A DNA stretch of 64,000 bases from an uncultured Candidatus Saccharibacteria bacterium (GTDB lineage Bacteria; Patescibacteriota; Minisyncoccia; Phycocordibacterales; UBA9973): the NCBI GenBank assembly GCA_964646765.1, contig CAZYIA010000004.1, positions 77,887 through 141,886 of the forward strand, given 5' to 3'. Of this stretch, positions 62,591 to 64,000 are shown one piece after another. Numbering within the stretch: the stretch's first letter is position 1; every line of letters starts with the position of its first letter. Both the position numbers and the translations under genes were made by a program. A model generated the notes under the pieces. The model saw only the letters and a program-made list of their open reading frames with translations, ran no database searches and had not been told where the DNA came from.

Positions 62591-64000
62591 ATGGCCAAAA
62601 AAGAAGCGGTAACGGATTTGTGGGTTCATGGGTTGCTGCAAGAAGCAAATATCCATCTTGACCCCCAGGGCAGTACGATCCTTGAGATTGACCAAGCACT
62701 CAAAACGGCGTCAAAAAGCGGGTCCGGGAAGGTTGGCTTTCCTGAATACGTTGGTGTCGTGAAAGACTTTCTTTTGGTCATCGAAAACAAGGCCGACATC
62801 TCCCGCCACGTAAAAGTGGATGAGAACGGGGTGGTGAGCCTTGATCCCGTCGATGTCAAAAATTACGCCATCAATGGCGCCGTGTTTTACGGAAAACACC
62901 TGGCCAAAAACACGTCCTACAAAAAGGTTATTGTTTTTGGCATTTCGGGTGATTCAAAGAAACACCGAATCAGCCCGGTATACATCGACGAAACCGAGTA
63001 TTACCGGGAACTCCCCGATGTCGAGTCCTTTATATCGTTTTCAGCGGAGAACATCGACGAATACTATGTTCGAGAAGTTCTCAAAGAAGAAACCGATACC
63101 GAAAAGGAGTTGGCTGAGATTTTGAGGGATGCCGCAGCGCTTCATGAAGACTTGAGAAATTATGGCAACCTGAAAGACATCGATAAACCCCTTATCGTTT
63201 CCGGGATCTTGCTTGCATTACGTGAAGCGGAGTCCAAAAACTTCTCCATTGACGATCTGACGGGCGATGTCGTTGTAACGGATGGGCAAAAGATTTTCAA
63301 TGCCATTCAAGCGAATCTGACGCGATCCCGAGTCGCTCCGGAAGTCAAAAAAGACAAAATATTGAGTCAGTTCTCGTTGTTCAAGAATTCGGTTCGACTC
63401 AATGAGGTTCATGCAACGCTTGCGAAAACGCCGTTGAGGCATTTCACAGAGTTTTTGAATTCCAAAATTTACAGAAGCATCAAGTACACAAAATCCTCCG
63501 AAGATTACCTTGGGCGCTTCTACGGGGAGTTCATGTCGTATTCTGGCGGTGATGGTCAGACGCTGGGTATTGTTCTCACCCCAAAGCACATTACCGATTT
63601 GTTTTGTGACCTGGTGGCAATCAAGCCAGATGACGTGGTTCTGGACCCCTGTACGGGCACCGCAGGCTTTCTGGTTGCGGCAATGCATCACATGCTTTCG
63701 CAAACGGATAACGAAAACGAAAAGAAAACAATCCGCCAGGAACGGCTGCACGGCATTGAAGACCAGGAGTACATGTTCACCATTGCCACCACCAACATGA
63801 TTTTACGGGGTGACGGAAAAAGCAATCTAATCAATGGTGATTTTCTGAAAGAAAACCCAAGCAAACTTCAATTGAAGCAAGCTACGGTTGGCATGATGAA
63901 TCCGCCGTATTCACAGGGCTCCAAAGCCAACCCGTCTTTGTATGAAATTTCGTTCACCGAACATTTGCTTGATTCTCTGGCCGAAGGCGGCAGAGTGATT
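62591..64000 (+). CDS. Fused restriction-modification enzyme with N6-adenine MTase (BcgI-alpha-like, type IIB/IIG); runs off the window edge
   Basis: Manual translation MAKKEAVTD...GFPEY...LLVIENKAD (nuclease-like); GIVLTPKH, VLDPCTGTAGFL (motif I), MMNPPY (motif IV); lower GC than the backbone. Confidence 0.85.
   Translation, partial: MAKKEAVTDLWVHGLLQEANIHLDPQGSTILEIDQALKTASKSGSGKVGFPEYVGVVKDFLLVIENKADISRHVKVDENGVVSLDPVDVKNYAINGAVFYGKHLAKNTSYKKVIVFGISGDSKKHRISPVYIDETEYYRELPDVESFISFSAENIDEYYVREVLKEETDTEKELAEILRDAAALHEDLRNYGNLKDIDKPLIVSGILLALREAESKNFSIDDLTGDVVVTDGQKIFNAIQANLTRSRVAPEVKKDKILSQFSLFKNSVRLNEVHATLAKTPLRHFTEFLNSKIYRSIKYTKSSEDYLGRFYGEFMSYSGGDGQTLGIVLTPKHITDLFCDLVAIKPDDVVLDPCTGTAGFLVAAMHHMLSQTDNENEKKTIRQERLHGIEDQEYMFTIATTNMILRGDGKSNLINGDFLKENPSKLQLKQATVGMMNPPYSQGSKANPSLYEISFTEHLLDSLAEGGRVI

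Noticed and set aside
1-64000. rRNA, tRNA or CRISPR-Cas loci
   Set aside because: No cloverleaf, rRNA-like sequence, repeat-spacer array or cas motif was recognised by eye.

Overview
This window is a ~63-65% GC (eyeball estimate) segment of a large, probably betaproteobacterial plasmid backbone. Replication and maintenance functions are a RepA_C-type initiator with an iteron/DnaA-box oriV, a second HTH Rep-O-like protein, ParA/ParG-like and ParM/ParR-like partition pairs, topoisomerase III and an Xre/RES toxin-antitoxin pair. A complete PRTRC (E1/E2/JAB/ubiquitin-like/ParB) operon continues into a ~15 kb co-directional run of phosphohydrolase, macrodomain, SLOG and small genes. Other genes include CbbQ/CobS-like AAA, vWA and DUF3150-like proteins, a tyrosine recombinase, SSB, KfrA, RecG, ERCC4-like and RusA-like proteins and a diguanylate cyclase. 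The right end holds an IS5-family element and the start of a lower-GC BcgI-like restriction-modification gene. The strongest non-coding signals, all found by eye, are four. (1) A ~55-60 nt element occurs 16 times just upstream of ribosome-binding sites: a GCAA-YSGCT box, then a covarying bulged hairpin with a GCAAGG:CCTTGC-type base and an invariant RNNGT pentaloop. (2) A short integron cassette array has no intI in the window, ORFs inverted relative to its attC sites, and one ORF nested inside an attC. (3) Three copies of a ~230 bp element are built from cGNAg triloop hairpins. (4) A PRTRC ubiquitin-like protein is fused in frame to a cargo protein. No rRNA, tRNA or CRISPR array was seen. Family assignments come from recognised motifs, not database searches.
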